This document shows, piece after piece, positions 24,001 through 37,031 of a DNA stretch of 60,000 bases. The stretch lies in NCBI GenBank assembly GCA_038087875.1, contig CM075989.1:25050001-25110000 (forward strand), in the 5' to 3' direction. The translations under genes were made by a program, and so were the position numbers. The DNA comes from Malacoraja senta. Its lineage: Eukaryota. A model generated the notes under the pieces. The model did no database searches and was not told the origin of the DNA. It saw only the letters and a list, made by a program, of their open reading frames with translations. Each line of letters opens with the position of its first letter. The stretch's first letter is position 1.

Positions 24001-27000
24001 AAAAGGGAGGGAGAGAGAAAACGGGGAATTACAGACCAGTTAGTCTAACATCGGTGATGGGGAAAATTCTGGAGTCAGTTATTAAAGATGGGATAGCAGC
24101 ACATTTGGAAAGTGGTGAATTCATTGGACAAAGTCAGCATGGATTTATGAAAGGTAAATCATGTTGGACGAATCTTATAGAATTTTTCGAGGATGTAACT
24201 AGTAGAGTGGATAAGGGAGAACCAGTGGATGTGTTATATCTGGACTTTCAGAAGGCTTTCGACAAGGTCCCACATAAGAGATTAGTATACAAACTTAAAG
24301 CACACGGTATTGGGGGTTCAGTATTGATGTGGATAGAGAACTGGCTGGCAGACAGGAAGCAAAGAGTAGGAGTAAACGGGTCCTTTTCAGAATGGCAGGC
24401 AGTGACTAGTGGGGTACCGCAAGGCTCAGTGCTGGGACCCCAGCTATTTACAACATATATTAATGATCTGGACGAGGGAATTGAATGCAACATCTCCAAG
24501 TTTGCGGATGACACAAAGCTGGGGGGGCAGTGTTAGCTGTGAGGAGGATGCTAGGAGGCTGCAAGGTGACTTGGATAGGTTGGGTGAGTGGGCAAATGCA
24601 TGGCAGATGCAGTATAATGTGGATAAATGTGAGGTTATCCACTTTGGTGGCAAAAACAGGAAAGTAGACTATTATCTGAATGGTGGCCGATTAGGAAAAG
24701 GGGAGATGCAACGAGACCTGGGTGTCATGGTACACCAGTCATTGAAAGTAGGCATGCAGGTGCAGCAAACAGTGAAGAAAGCAAATGGTATGTTAGCATT
24801 CATAGCAAAAGGATTTTAATCTCGTCAAGTGAGTTTATTGTCATGTGTCCCTGGTAGGACAATGAAATTCTTGCTTTGCTTCAGCACAACAGAACATAGT
24901 AGGCATTGACTACGGCATTCTATAAATATATACACACATGAATAACTATACTGATCAAGTGCAAATAACAGTATTGGCTAATAAAGTTCAGTGTTATGTC
25001 CGAGCCAGGTTTAATAGCCTGATGGCTGTGGGGAAGTAGATGTTCCTGAACCTGGTCGTTGCAGTCTTCAGGCTCCTGTACCTTATAACTGAAGGTAGTA
25101 GGGAGATGAGTGTGTGGCCAGGATGGTGTGGGTCCTTGATGATACTGCCAGCCTTTTTGAGGCAGCGACTGTGGTAGATCCCCTCGATGGAAGGGAGGTC
25201 AGAGCCAATCATGGACTGGGCAGTGTTTACTACTTTTTGTAGTCTTTTCCTCTCCAGGGCGCTCAAGTTGCCGAACCAAGCCACGATGCAGCCGGTCAGC
25301 ATGCTCTCTACTGTGCACCTGTAGAAGTTAGAGAGAGTCCTCCTTGACAAACCGACTCTCCGTAATCTTCTCAGGAAATAGAGGCGCTGATGTGCTTTCT
25401 TAATAATGGCATCAGTGTTCTCGGACCAGGAAAGATCTTCTGAGATGTGCACGCCCAGGAATTTGAAGCTCTTGACCCTTTCAACCATCGACCCATTGAT
25501 ATAAACGGGACTGTGGGTCCCCATCCTACTCCTTCCAAAGTCCACAATCAGTTCCTTGGTTTTGCTGGTGTTGAGGGCCAGGTTATTGTGCTGGCACCAT
25601 ATGGACAGTTGCTCGATCTCTCTTCTATACTTTCAGTGATATGTCCCACAACAGTGGTGTCGTCAGCGAACTTGATGATGGAGTTCGCACTATGTCCGGC
25701 TACGCAGTCATGAGTATAGAGTGAGTACAGCAGGGGGCTGAGCACGCAGCCTTGAGGTGCTCCCGTGCTAATTGTTATCGAGTCTGACACATTTCCACCA
25801 ATACGAACAGACTGTGGTCTGAGAGTGAGGAAGTCGAGGATCCAATTGCAGAGGGATGCGCAGAGACCCAGTTCTGCGAGTTTGGTAACCAGCTTGGAGG
25901 GGATGATTGTGTTAAATGCCGAGCTGTAATCGATGAATAACAGCCTGACATATGAGTTTTAGTTGTCCAAGTGGTCCAGAGCGGAGTGGAGGGCCAGCGA
26001 GATCGCATCCGCCGTTGATCTGTTGTGGCGGTAAGCGAACTGCAGTGGGTCCAGGTTTTTGTCGAGGTAGGAGTTGATCTGCGTCATGATCAACCTCTCA
26101 AAGCACTTCATTACCACAGGCGTTAGTGCCACAGGTCGATAGTCATTGAGGCACGTCACCTTACTCTTCTTGGGCACTGGTATAATTGATGCCCTTTTGA
26201 AGCAGGTGGGAACCTCAGACCTCAGAAGTGAGAGGTTGAAAATGTCCGTAAAAACTCCAGCCAGTTGGTCCGCACAGGTTTTTAGAACACGACCAGGTAT
26301 ACCATCAGGTCCAGGCGCTTTTCGAGGGTTCACCCCTCTGAAGGATTTCCTGACGTCGGCCTCTGTGACTGAGACTGAAGTACCATCACAGCGAATGGGG
26401 GCTCGGCAAGGCACATCGATGTTCTCCCTATCAAAGCGTGCGTAGAACGCATTGAGCTCATCAGTGAGTGATGTTTCGCCGACATTCAAGCAGCCTCCTG
26501 ATTTCGCCTTGTAAGAGGTGATTGCATTCAGGCTCTGCCACAGCCGCCGAACATCTGTCTCTTCCTCCAGTTTGGAGCAGAAGTCCCTTTTGGCCTTTTT
26601 GATGGCCTTACCAAGGTCGTATCTGGACTTCTTGGAGGCCACTGTATCATCAGACATGAATGCCCGGTGTCTGGACTTCAGAAGAGTGCGGATCTCAAAG
26701 TTCATCCAAGGTTTCTGATTGGGAAACGCTCGGAAGGTTTTGGTGGGGATGCAGTCCTCCACACACTTCTTAATGAAGTCTGTAACGACTGTGGCGTATT
26801 CGTTCAGGTCCGTAGCCGAGTCCTTGAACATTGCCCAGTCTACAGACTCCAAACAGTCCTGGAGTTGTTCCTCTGCCCCCCCCCCCCCCCCCCCCGACCA
26901 GCTCTGTACTGTCCTCACCTCTGGGGGTGCGCTCTTTAATTGCTGCCTGTAGGCAGGAAGTAGCAGCACCGCGGTATGGTCGGATTTACCGAAGTGAGGG

Positions 27001-28025
27001 CGAGGGATAGAACGGTAGGCATTCGTTATGATCGTGTAGCAGTGGTCGAGGGTGTTTGGTCCTCTGGTGCAGCAGGAGACATGTTGGTGGAAGTTAGGGA
27101 GTGATTTCTTTAGGTTTGCCTTATTGAAGTCCCCGGCTATGGTGGTGAACGCCTCGGGGTAAGACGTCTGGTGTTTGTTGACCACGGCGTGCAGCTCCTC
27201 CAGTGACAGACGGACGTCTGCCTGGGGTGGGATGTAGACCGCGGTCATGATGATGGAGGTGAATTCCCTTGGGAGGTAGAAGGGACGGCACTTCACCGCC
27301 AGATGTTCGAGGTGTGGAGAGCAGGAGTTGGACAGGACTGCCACGTCTGAGCACCACGCAGAGTTGACCATGAGGCAGACGCCCCCTCCTCTCCCTTTCC
27401 CAGATTTGAGTATAAGAGCAGGGAGGTTCTACTGCAGTTGTACAGGGTCTTGGTGAGACCACACCTGGAGTATTGCGTACAGTTTTGGTCTCCTAATCTG
27501 AGGAAAGACATTCTTGCCATAGAGGGAGTACAGAGAAGGTTCACCAGACTGATTCCTGGGATGGCAGGACTTTCATATGAGGAAAGACTGGATAGACTCG
27601 GCTTGTACATGCTAGAATTTAGAAGATTGAGGGGGGATCTTATAGAAACTTACAAAATTCTTAAGGGGTTGGACAGGCTAGATGCAGGAAGATTATTCCC
27701 GACGTTGGGGAAGTCCAGAACTAGGGGTCACAGTTTAAGGATAAGAGGGAAGTATTTTAGGACCGAGATGAGAAAATCATTTTTTACACAGAGAGTGGTG
27801 AATCTGTGAGATTCTCAACCACAGAAGGTTGAGGCCAGTTCATTGACTATATTTAAGAGGGAGTTAGATGTGGCCCTTGTGGCTAAAGGGATCAGGGGGT
27901 ATGGAGAGAAGGCAGGGATGGGATACTGAGTTGGATGATCAGCCATGATCATATCGAATGGCGGTGCAGGCTCGAAGGGCCGAATGGCCTACTCCTGCAC
28001 CTATTTTCTATGTTTCTATGTTTCT
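24001..28025 (+). mobile_element. CR1 LINE of the same family, split into 24001-24816 and 27403-28025 by a Rex1/Babar insertion
   Basis: Near-identical to 13917-15340; removing the insert restores ...GGATTTGAGTAT...; frameshift near 24530. Confidence 0.93.
24817..27402 (-). mobile_element. Rex1/Babar-type LINE, 5'-truncated in the APE endonuclease, with RT, C-terminus and AATAAA tail
   Basis: [55 protein letters not shown]; in-frame stop at 25959-25961 and a frameshifting deletion near 25630; GATTT duplicated on both sides. Confidence 0.9.
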
Positions 28026-31000
28026 AATAGGACCCCCACAATTCACAAAGAAGTCAAGAGAGTTTTATTGTCATGTGTCCCAGATAGGACAATGAAATTC
28101 TTGCTTGCTACAGCACAACGGAATATGTAAACATAATACAAAACGGAAGATAAAAGTTCAGTGTGTCTATAGAGCATATATACACAATAAATAAGTATCA
28201 GGAACATTTGCAATTGTACCAGCATTACTCAATGTGCATAAATGTTGCAAAAGCAGGCTGGTAGACGACAAATCTGGGACACACCCATGGTTCAGACTGG
28301 ATTAACAGGCATTTCGCGAAGTGAAGGAACAGGGGGAGGTGTCGTAACAAAGTCAGGAACAACAGCCAGACTTTATGAAAGGTTCTTTGGAGGTGTGGGG
28401 ATGGGAGAATGTGAGGAATTCCAGGAGGCAAGGGCATCTTGAATCAGGCCAACAGTGATGGGACGGGGGAGGGGGTGGGACACAAAGTGGCCAGGCTAGT
28501 AAGGCCAGATATCTGCAACAGAAGGCTGGGGAGGCAAAGTCAATGGATATATTTAAGGCAGAGATAGATAGATCCTTGATTAGTCCGGGTGTCAGAGGTT
28601 ATGGGGAGAAGGCAGGAGAATGGGGTTAGCAGGGAGAGATAGATCAGCCATGATTGAATGGTGGAGAGACTTGATGGCTCAAATGGCCTAATTCTGCTCC
28701 TATTACACAGGATTAGTGAGGTACAGGTACAATGAAAATCATGTTTGCAGCAGCATCACAGGCATGTAGACTCAATAAACTCTCAAAAACATACATAAGG
28801 TACACACCAATTGGTACAGGGTTTGGAGTACAAGGGGTCATTGTTGAGGTTTGTTGGGAAGGCCAGTTATATACACGGGTAATGTTGCAGCTTCCATTCA
28901 CTACTGTTGTACTCAATAACAATGAATCTCCAGCTAATGCCACTCACATCCTGTGCGTCTCTGAGGGTCAACTCTAAAGAACTCCAAGTCTGGAAGATGT
29001 TGGTGAGCCATAAACACACCAGAGTTCCCCGACTTCTAATTCACTCTGGCTCACCGACTGACCTCTTTCTTGTGCATGTCACAAATGTTTGCTGCTGACT
29101 TTATCCAAACAAACAGTAGCCTGACCTTGACTTTGCCTGACCTTCATGAAACAATCTGAGATCGGCCCGTTCCAGTCCCTTCCAGAGGCTCTATCTTTGT
29201 TCTACAATCTCATTCCATACTGTACTGTTGTTGCAAGACAGCTGTTCTCTTCACAAAAAAAAAGACAAATGGAAAATCAAGGCTAACAAGTGTATAAATT
29301 GTTTCTCCTGCGTCATGCTGAATCAGACCTGCGTTTGACAGAAGTTGGCAGCCAAAATGCAAGACCCCACAAACACCAGTTACATTAATTACCAGGCATA
29401 CCTTTAGAATGGAAATAAGGAATTTCTTGAGCTAGAGGGTGGTGAATCTGTGGGATTCATTGCCACAGACAGCAGTGGAGGCCAAGTCATTGGGTGTTTT
29501 TAAATCAGAGTTCCAGGCATTCCTGGTGTGTGTGAGTGGGGGGGGGATGAAAGTATCCAGATTAGTCTCTATGAAATAGAATAGTTGTAACCAGGAAAGT
29601 ACCAACGTGGAGGCAGACCGACAGAGACACAAGGAAATGCAGATGCTGGTTACAAAACAACACATACTGCAGTTGGTCAGTCTGAAGAAGGGTCCCGACC
29701 CCAAACATCACCCATCCATTATCTTCTAACGTTGGCTTGCTGAGTTACTCCAGCACTGTGTGTTTTTTTAACATGAAGGCAGATGTCCACAATGTGGTTG
29801 ATGTAAATGAGAAGGAAGAATAAATAGAATTAAGAGGAAGAAATGAGTTTATAAGTTGAGAAAAGTCTAATCTACCAGGGCAGTCTTGCTTAGTGTGATA
29901 ATATTGAACAATATAGTTAGAAGCAAATAATGGGAACCATGACCAAACCATACAAGTGAGCAGAAACTGTGGATACACACAAAATGCTGGAGTAACCCAG
30001 CAGGACAGGCAGCATCTCTGGAGAAGGAATGGGTGACGTTTCAGGTCAAGGCCATTCAACAAAAACCATGACCAGTTCTAATCAGCAAGAGAAATGTGAA
30101 TCAATGGGTACCAAAGTTGTACAGCATGGAAACCGGCTCTTCGGCCCATCAAGTCTACCGTCACCTACTTGTTTGCGCTAATCCTACATTCATCTTATTT
30201 TTATTCTCTCTAATTTCTCATCAATATTTCACCCCTCACCTACACACTAGAGGAATTTAACCTACCCACCAATGTGATACTCCTGGGGAAAACCCAGTTA
30301 CAGGGGGATCGTCCAGAGACAGCACCTCAGTCATGATCAAACCCGGCCTCTGGAACCAAGGCTGCTGCTCTACTAGCTGCACCACTGTGCCGCCCACTGA
30401 GCAAACATATTAATAACCTTGATAAAATGTTAACCCTTCGGCATTAGTGGCTGCTGGACAAAGAGGTGGAATTTGTTTTTGAGCACTGCCGATTTCTGGT
30501 AACAACCCATCTAGAGTCTGCAGATACAAAGCACCAGATGTAGGAATCTGGAATAAACAGCAGGATTGTGGAGGAACTCAGTGGGTCGAGCAGCATCTGT
30601 GAAAGGCATGTCTTTTATTCCTTCCACCCTCTCCCTTCTTAACCTCCCCTGGCTGCTGTTCAACCCGCTGAGTTGCTCCAGCGTTTGTTTTGTGCCTCAT
30701 CTATTTTGTTCCGTTCTGGGCAACACAAGACAGGAGGAATAATAGTGATTGAGTAAGGACACGTACAAGTTGATGTTTATACCAGACCGTTCAGAGAAGC
30801 ACATTACTCCAGAAACATTGTGAACGTGGGCACAGGTTCTTAATGGATGGAACAGGAGAAAAAGTGAGAGAGGGGGAGAGCACAGTGGTGCAGCGGGTAG
30901 AGTGGCTGCCTCACAGCGCCAGAGACCTGTGTACAAATATAACTTTGGGTGCTGTCTGCCTGGAGTTTGCACATTCTCCCTGTGACCACGTGGGTTTCCT

Positions 31001-31599
31001 CTGGGTGCTCCGGTTTCCTCCCACATCCCAGACATGTGGGTATGTAGGTTAATTGACCCTCTGTAATATTGCCCCAAGTGTGTAGGGAATGAATTTGAAA
31101 GCACGATAATTACGAGTGTGAATGGGTGATGAATGGCCGATGTGGACCAGTTGGGGTACAGGGCCACTTACAAGGTATATTTTCTATCAATCAATCAATA
31201 AGGGTTCAATTATGTCAGATTCCATGGCTCCTTGGCTCTTGATTATAAATACAGAACATTTATTAAAATATGATAGAATTAAGATAGAACTAAAAAGTTG
31301 GTCAAAGTAGCTGAACTATTTCCTCAGGAAAAGGCCACTCCAGGTCAATGATGGACTGACTACCCCTTTCCCCATACAGTCTGGTGACTGGGCGGCAATG
31401 GAAGATCTCAGCAGTTTACAGACTGATCTCAGCATGATTGAGAGGTCCCAAGGTGGGTAAATATAGTCAGTGTTGGGTTTTCCAATGGTGGCCACCCAAA
31501 ACGTCACCCATTCCTTCTCTCCAGAGATGCTGCCCGACCCTCTGAGTTACTCCAGCACTCTGTGTCTGTCTTTTGTTCCAATGGCATGATAGGCTGTGA

Positions 31600-32520
31600 T
31601 CAAAGGGCCGAATGGTCTCCTGCCGTTCCCATGGGAAACAGAGACCCCTGGCACGGAGAGCGTGTGGTGTGGGGGGCCAGGGGGAGAGCTTGGTGCCCGA
31701 CGTCATCTCCCCAACTGCCCAGACTGGACAACACACGGTGGGTGACCTGAGGTCCGGGGAAGTGGACTGGCCACGCAGTCAGTGCCCGGAGCTTGCTCTC
31801 TGGACAGGGGGAGGGCTCGCCTTGTGTCCCCAGCCCGGGACTGACCATTGCCCAAAACTGCTGCTCACTGCCTGGCCCGGGACGGGATGGGGGAGAGCAA
31901 AGGGGGGGGGGGAGAGAGTGAGGATGGGGGAAGAGAGAGTGGGGGAGAGAGTGAGGATGGGGAGAGAGGGAGGGGGAGAATGAGAGGGGGGAGAGAGGGT
32001 GAGGCAGGCAAGCTGGCGAGGCAGCGCCGCGTTTCCCGCTCCCTCCGCGACTGGTTCGGCGGGTTCGCCGCATTCCTGGCTGCGGAATCCGCAGTTGTCT
32101 CCACGCTGGGGGGGGTGGAGACGGCGTTGAAACCCAAGGTCCGGAGGAGACCCGGTCCCCAAACCGCAGCCCAACACCCGCCGGGGACCCGCTGTACCTG
32201 GGACCTGGTCTGAAGAAGGGTTTCGGCCCGAAAGGTTGCCTATTTCCTTCGCTCCATAGATGCTGCTGCACCCGCTGAGTTTCTCCAGCATTTTTGTGTA
32301 CCTTGTACCTGGGACCCCGCTCTGTTGCCCCACTCACTCACTACCCGGGGCCGTGAACCCGCCGACATTCCGGCCCCCAGCCAGCCGGCGCTGGCGTTTT
32401 ACACACTTGGATCAAATTTGAGTGCGGACGATACAAACAAATATTGGTCTCACCTTCTCTAGCGCTGTGATTGCGGGACTACGCTGCTCCACACGTGTCC
32501 AGCGCACACACACACACACC
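31600..32520 (-). promoter_or_regulatory. CpG-rich region; candidate promoter / non-coding first exon of the ceramide synthase (possible donor AAG|GTGAGA, exon ending 32454)
   Basis: CpG-dense, mostly non-repeat sequence upstream of the ATG exon. That exon has an acceptor, so an upstream exon must exist. The assignment is inference. Confidence 0.45.
32206..32303 (+). mobile_element. 98-bp Penelope-derived hammerhead mini-element inserted in the CpG-rich region
   Basis: 13-bp TSD TGTACCTGGGACC; stem II variant GGGT(TTCG)GCCC; GAAAG-GTT in place of GAAAC-GTC. Confidence 0.75.
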
Positions 32521-32625
32521 CAGCTCACACACTAGCTCCAGTACCTCCCCCAGCGTGGACCTCTGCAGATAGACATACAATGCTGGAGTAACTCAGCGGG
32601 ACAGGCAGCATCTCTGGAGAGAAAA

Positions 32626-32667
32626 TATGGGTGACGTTTCGGGTCGAGACCCTTCTTCAGACTCACA
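32626..32667 (-). ncRNA. Minimal hammerhead ribozyme motif, intact core, with 6/7-bp helix I
   Basis: Minus strand TGTGAGT-CTGAAGA-AGGGTCTCGACCC-GAAAC-GTC-ACCCATA. Confidence 0.7.
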
Positions 32668-35498
32668 GGTTTTGTTAGATCCTGTGTGTTTTGTTGAGAT
32701 CTTAATATCAGACAAATAAGAAAATAGGTCACTTTGGCACGGGATATTTAATGACACCTGTTTAATGTAAGTCTACCCACTGGAAGTACAGGCGAGTCAG
32801 AAACAGCGCACATTCCTTGTATGTATACATACTTGGCCAATAAATACATATATTCTGAAATGGAAGTGACTGACATATAAAATGCTGAAAGTCTCGGGAT
32901 CTGTGTCAACTCATTCTCCATCACCTCACTAAGATCAGACACCTGCCCCGTCTGTGGGAGAGGATCCAGAGTGGGATTAGTGTAAATGGGTGCTTGACAG
33001 TTGGCATGGACACGATGGACTGAAGGGCCTGATTCCGTGCTGTGAGACTGTGACACAAAGCTTTTCACTGTACCTCAGTACACATGACAATAAACTAAAC
33101 ACATTGGGTTCTGTCTAAGTAAACCTTCACGCCATCCATGGGTCCAACTCAGTCTTATGGTTCCAACCTACAGACAAGGCAGTTCAGTTTATTGTCACGT
33201 GTACTGAGGTGCAATGAAAAACTTTTGTTGTGTGCTAACCAGTCAGCAGAAAGACAAGACATGATTACAATTGAGCATGAACAAAACAGCCACTCCAAAT
33301 GGGAGGCACTTTGTTGGAACTGTGTGTTTTGTTGAGATCTTGGAGTACCATGCAACACTGCTTCATCAGCCACTGTAGTAAGTTGGGTGCCTTCCATCAG
33401 ATAGTTTGCAGGTAGCTACACCTCTCCCATGTGCCTTATTAAGCAGAGGTATCGCCCACAGAGCATACAAACGCCACAGTACCTGTGGCTGCTATGTTTA
33501 TTAGGCACTGTTGGTTCCCTTAGATAGCAGAGCAGCAAGGAGAGTCTAGTCATGGCGTGAGCTGGGGCAGAGATGGTGATGCAGACTTTCCAAATCAAGT
33601 GTCTGGAAAGACAGGCTGGACCTGGCATTACAGGACTTCATGCATTGCAGCTGGGAACCTATGTATTCCTGAAAGAAACAATGGGAAGGCAGACATTCCC
33701 AAGGCTGAGGCTGGGAACACGGACATTCCCAAGGCTGGGAACACGGACATTCCCAAGGCTGGGAACACAAACATTGCCAAGGCCAAGATTAGGAGCAGAG
33801 AGATTCCACGGGCTGAGTTAAGTGACGCAGCCATTTCTGGGGCTGAGATTGGATTCCTGGAGCTGATCTTGGGCACATGGGTTCCTGGGACTGACTTTGG
33901 GAACACAAACATCCCCAAAGCTGGCACAGGTGTTGGTGGGGCCAAGACTAAATTCCTGGATGGAGTTTAGGAACAGGAGCAGAGAGGTTGGTGAGATTGT
34001 AAACTCGGGCCCAACCCCACTCTGATATTCATGACAAAGCAGAAAATGCTGTTGCAGCTTTCCTAGCACTCTCACTTCCTGATTTATATCTTTAATTTCT
34101 GAGTTCCAGTATCCACTTTGTTTAATGTTTGACTTTCTTATCTGCTCTTATGTTGAATCTTTTTACGTGCTTGTTGCTTTTCCCCAACTATTCTACTTAC
34201 ACAATCATTAATCAGCATGACAACTAAATGAAGCAGTGCCTCATTTTTTGATTAAAGAGAGATTCATTTCTGAAGCTGTTCCAGATGCATTCAAAAACAT
34301 ATTTTCTTGATGGCTTTACATATGTTTGTTCTAAATTGTTGTGTGATATTTAAAATCACCCATTACTAGTTGCATTCATAGATTCACATAGCATGGAAAC
34401 AGGCCCTTCGGCCCAACTTGCCCATGCCAACCAAGATGCTCCATCTACACTAGTCCCTCCCGCTCACTTTCGACTCTCTAAACCTTTCCTATCCATGTAC
34501 CTGTCCAAATGTCTTAAATGTTGTTATTATACCTGCCTCAACAACACCTTCTGGCAGTTGTTCCATAAACTCACCACCCTCTGTGTAAACTCTCTGAAAC
34601 GTCTACAGATCTACACCCCCAACATCTCTCCATGCATTGATAGCCCAGAACTTAGACATGATGTTATTCTATTCTTAACTGTCCATGTGGATTCATGCAA
34701 TTCCATCCATTTTGTTCACCAATATCTTCCTGCAAACTATTAAAACTACAAGTGTTACAATTCACAGGACAGAGAGCGTTGGCAAATTGGATCCAAAACT
34801 GTCTTGGAAGTAGCAGGCAGAGGGTGATGATGGAGAGTTGTTCGTGCTTGGAAGCCTGTGACCAATGGTGTTCTTTTACAAGGGTCTCGACCCGAATCAC
34901 CCATTCCATCTCACCAGAGATGCTGTCTGTCCTGCTGAGTTACTCCAGAATTTTGTCTATGTTCAATTTAACCAACATCTGCAGTTCCTTCCTACACATT
35001 TTGTTTGTTCCTTTACTATTTGTTAAAGGCATTAAAAGTTTGGATATAAATGTAGGAGGTATGATTGGTAAGTTTGCAGTTGATACAGAAGTTGCTGGTT
35101 TTGTTGATAGTGAGGATCGCCTCAGGTCACAGGGGGATATTGTTCATTGGTAAGATGAGCAGAGCAATGTCAGGTGGAGTTGAATTCCGATACATGCTGG
35201 CTGACGCACCTTGGCTGGACTAATTAAGATAGGATAAATCTGTGAATGGGAGGTCCAGAGTGTACAAGTTCAAGAATCCCTGAAGGTGGCACTACAGCTG
35301 GATATGGTAATGAGACAGGCTTGTGGGTTACAGAATATAAGAGCAGGGAGTTTATGTTACAACTTTATAAAACACTGGTTCACTCTCAGTTGGAGTCCTG
35401 TGCACAATTCTAGTCATCACATTACAGGAAGCAAGATTTGACACAAGTTCTTCCCTCAAACTTGAAACCAGCACATCGGTTATGTTCAGAATGCTTGT

Positions 35499-35688
35499 TT
35501 AAGAAAGAACTGCAGATGCTGTTAAAATCAAAGGTAGACAAAAATGCTGGAGAAACTCAGCAGGTGAGGCAGCATCTATGGAACAAATTAATAGGTGACG
35601 TTTCGGGTCTCGACCCAAAACGTTACCTATTCCTTCATTCCATAGATGCTGCCTCACCCGCTGAGTTTCTCCAGCATTTTTGTCTACC
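35499..35688. mobile_element. Palindromic (head-to-head) Penelope pseudo-LTR insertion
   Basis: About 160-bp imperfect hairpin centred near 35610; 14-bp TSD TTCAGAATGCTTGT. Confidence 0.75.
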
Positions 35689-35900
35689 TTCAGAATGCTT
35701 GTGGAGCCCTCCACCATGAAGATAACTATGCTATTTCCTTGTTCGCCATTCTTCATTTTCTGGTTTAACACTTAGCAATCCTCTTCCTTTGTATTTACCT
35801 ATGGAGTACTCCTTGCCAGTTTATCCTCCTTCCGAGTCCTACCTAGATTGTTAGTGGCTATATGGAGCATAGAAACAGAATCATCTCCTATCCTAGAAGT

Positions 35901-35931
35901 CTGATGAAGGGTCTCAACCCGAAACGTCACC
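35901..35931 (+). ncRNA. Minimal hammerhead ribozyme motif with canonical CUGAUGA core, within an 87-bp insertion (35899-35985)
   Basis: CTGATGA-A-GGGT(CTCA)ACCC-GAAAC-GTC-ACC; 13-bp TSD TCCTATCCTAGAA. Confidence 0.72.
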
Positions 35932-37031
35932 TCGTCCTTTTCTCGAGATGCTGCCTGACCCGTTGAGTTACTTCAGCATTTTGTGTCCTATCCTAGAATA
36001 CTTGTTCTTACCCCTGTCAATACAGACTTCATAACCCTATCTTTGTTGTAGAGGAGTGGCTGTTCACCCAAATATGCGCTTTCCTTATGATTACTACATT
36101 TCTAATCTCCTCTTACTGGAACCGTATTGTTTAGTTTGCAGGTCCTGCCTGAGTCGAGGAAATACTTTTTCACCCAGAGAGTTGTGAGTCTGTGGAATTC
36201 TCTGCCTCAGAAGGTGGTGGAGGCCAATTCTCTGGACGCTTTCAAGAGAAAGTTAGATAGAGCTCTTGAAGATAGCGGAGTCAGGGGATACGGGGAGAAG
36301 GCAGGAATGGGGTACTGAATGTGGATGATCAGCCATGATCACAGTGAATGGCGGTGCTGGCTTGAAGGGCCGAATGGCCTACTCCTGCACCTATTGTCTA
36401 TTGTTCCTGATTGCTGATCAAATTTAAGGTGATTAATCTAAGGGAAGGGGCTGCCTCTCAGAATACAGCACACAGGTAACACCCATCACTGATACGGACA
36501 GTGTCTGAGCTCATTAACATGGGCTGAAGTTCCTTGTGCAGCCAATGCCTGCTGTAGGTATGGTCACTATGAACCATAAAGTCTCCATCAGCTCCTACTT
36601 GAAGCCGTTACAACACATCACCTGCCCAGCCATCTCATTCTATTTAATTAATTGGTTGGGATTTAATTATTTTGAACATTCACTTCTTAGTTGTACGTCT
36701 AAACCAAACAGAGGAGTTGGGAGAAATAACCAACACTCACCTTTCTGCTGTGCTGTGACGCCACACTTTGGCACAGAAGACAGGAACAAGTTGTGGCAGA
36801 GCCTCTTCCTTCTCTCAGTCTCCACTGTCTGTCTCCTGCTCCTTTTAAACTCTCTAATCTTCTCTTCTTGCTCTTTTTAAACTCTCTGTGACTCTTCTTC
36901 CCAACTCTTTTAATCTCCAATTCTAAAATGAAAAAATCTATTGTAAAAATAATTCATTTGCAGTTAATTAGATTTAAAGAGAGCATTAGATTAAGAGGAA
37001 TTTATAATCTGCACAAGATCAGGACAATGAA

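Noticed and set aside
31600..32337. 245-aa GC-rich ORF
   Set aside because: Low-complexity, crosses a repeat insertion, no recognisable domain.
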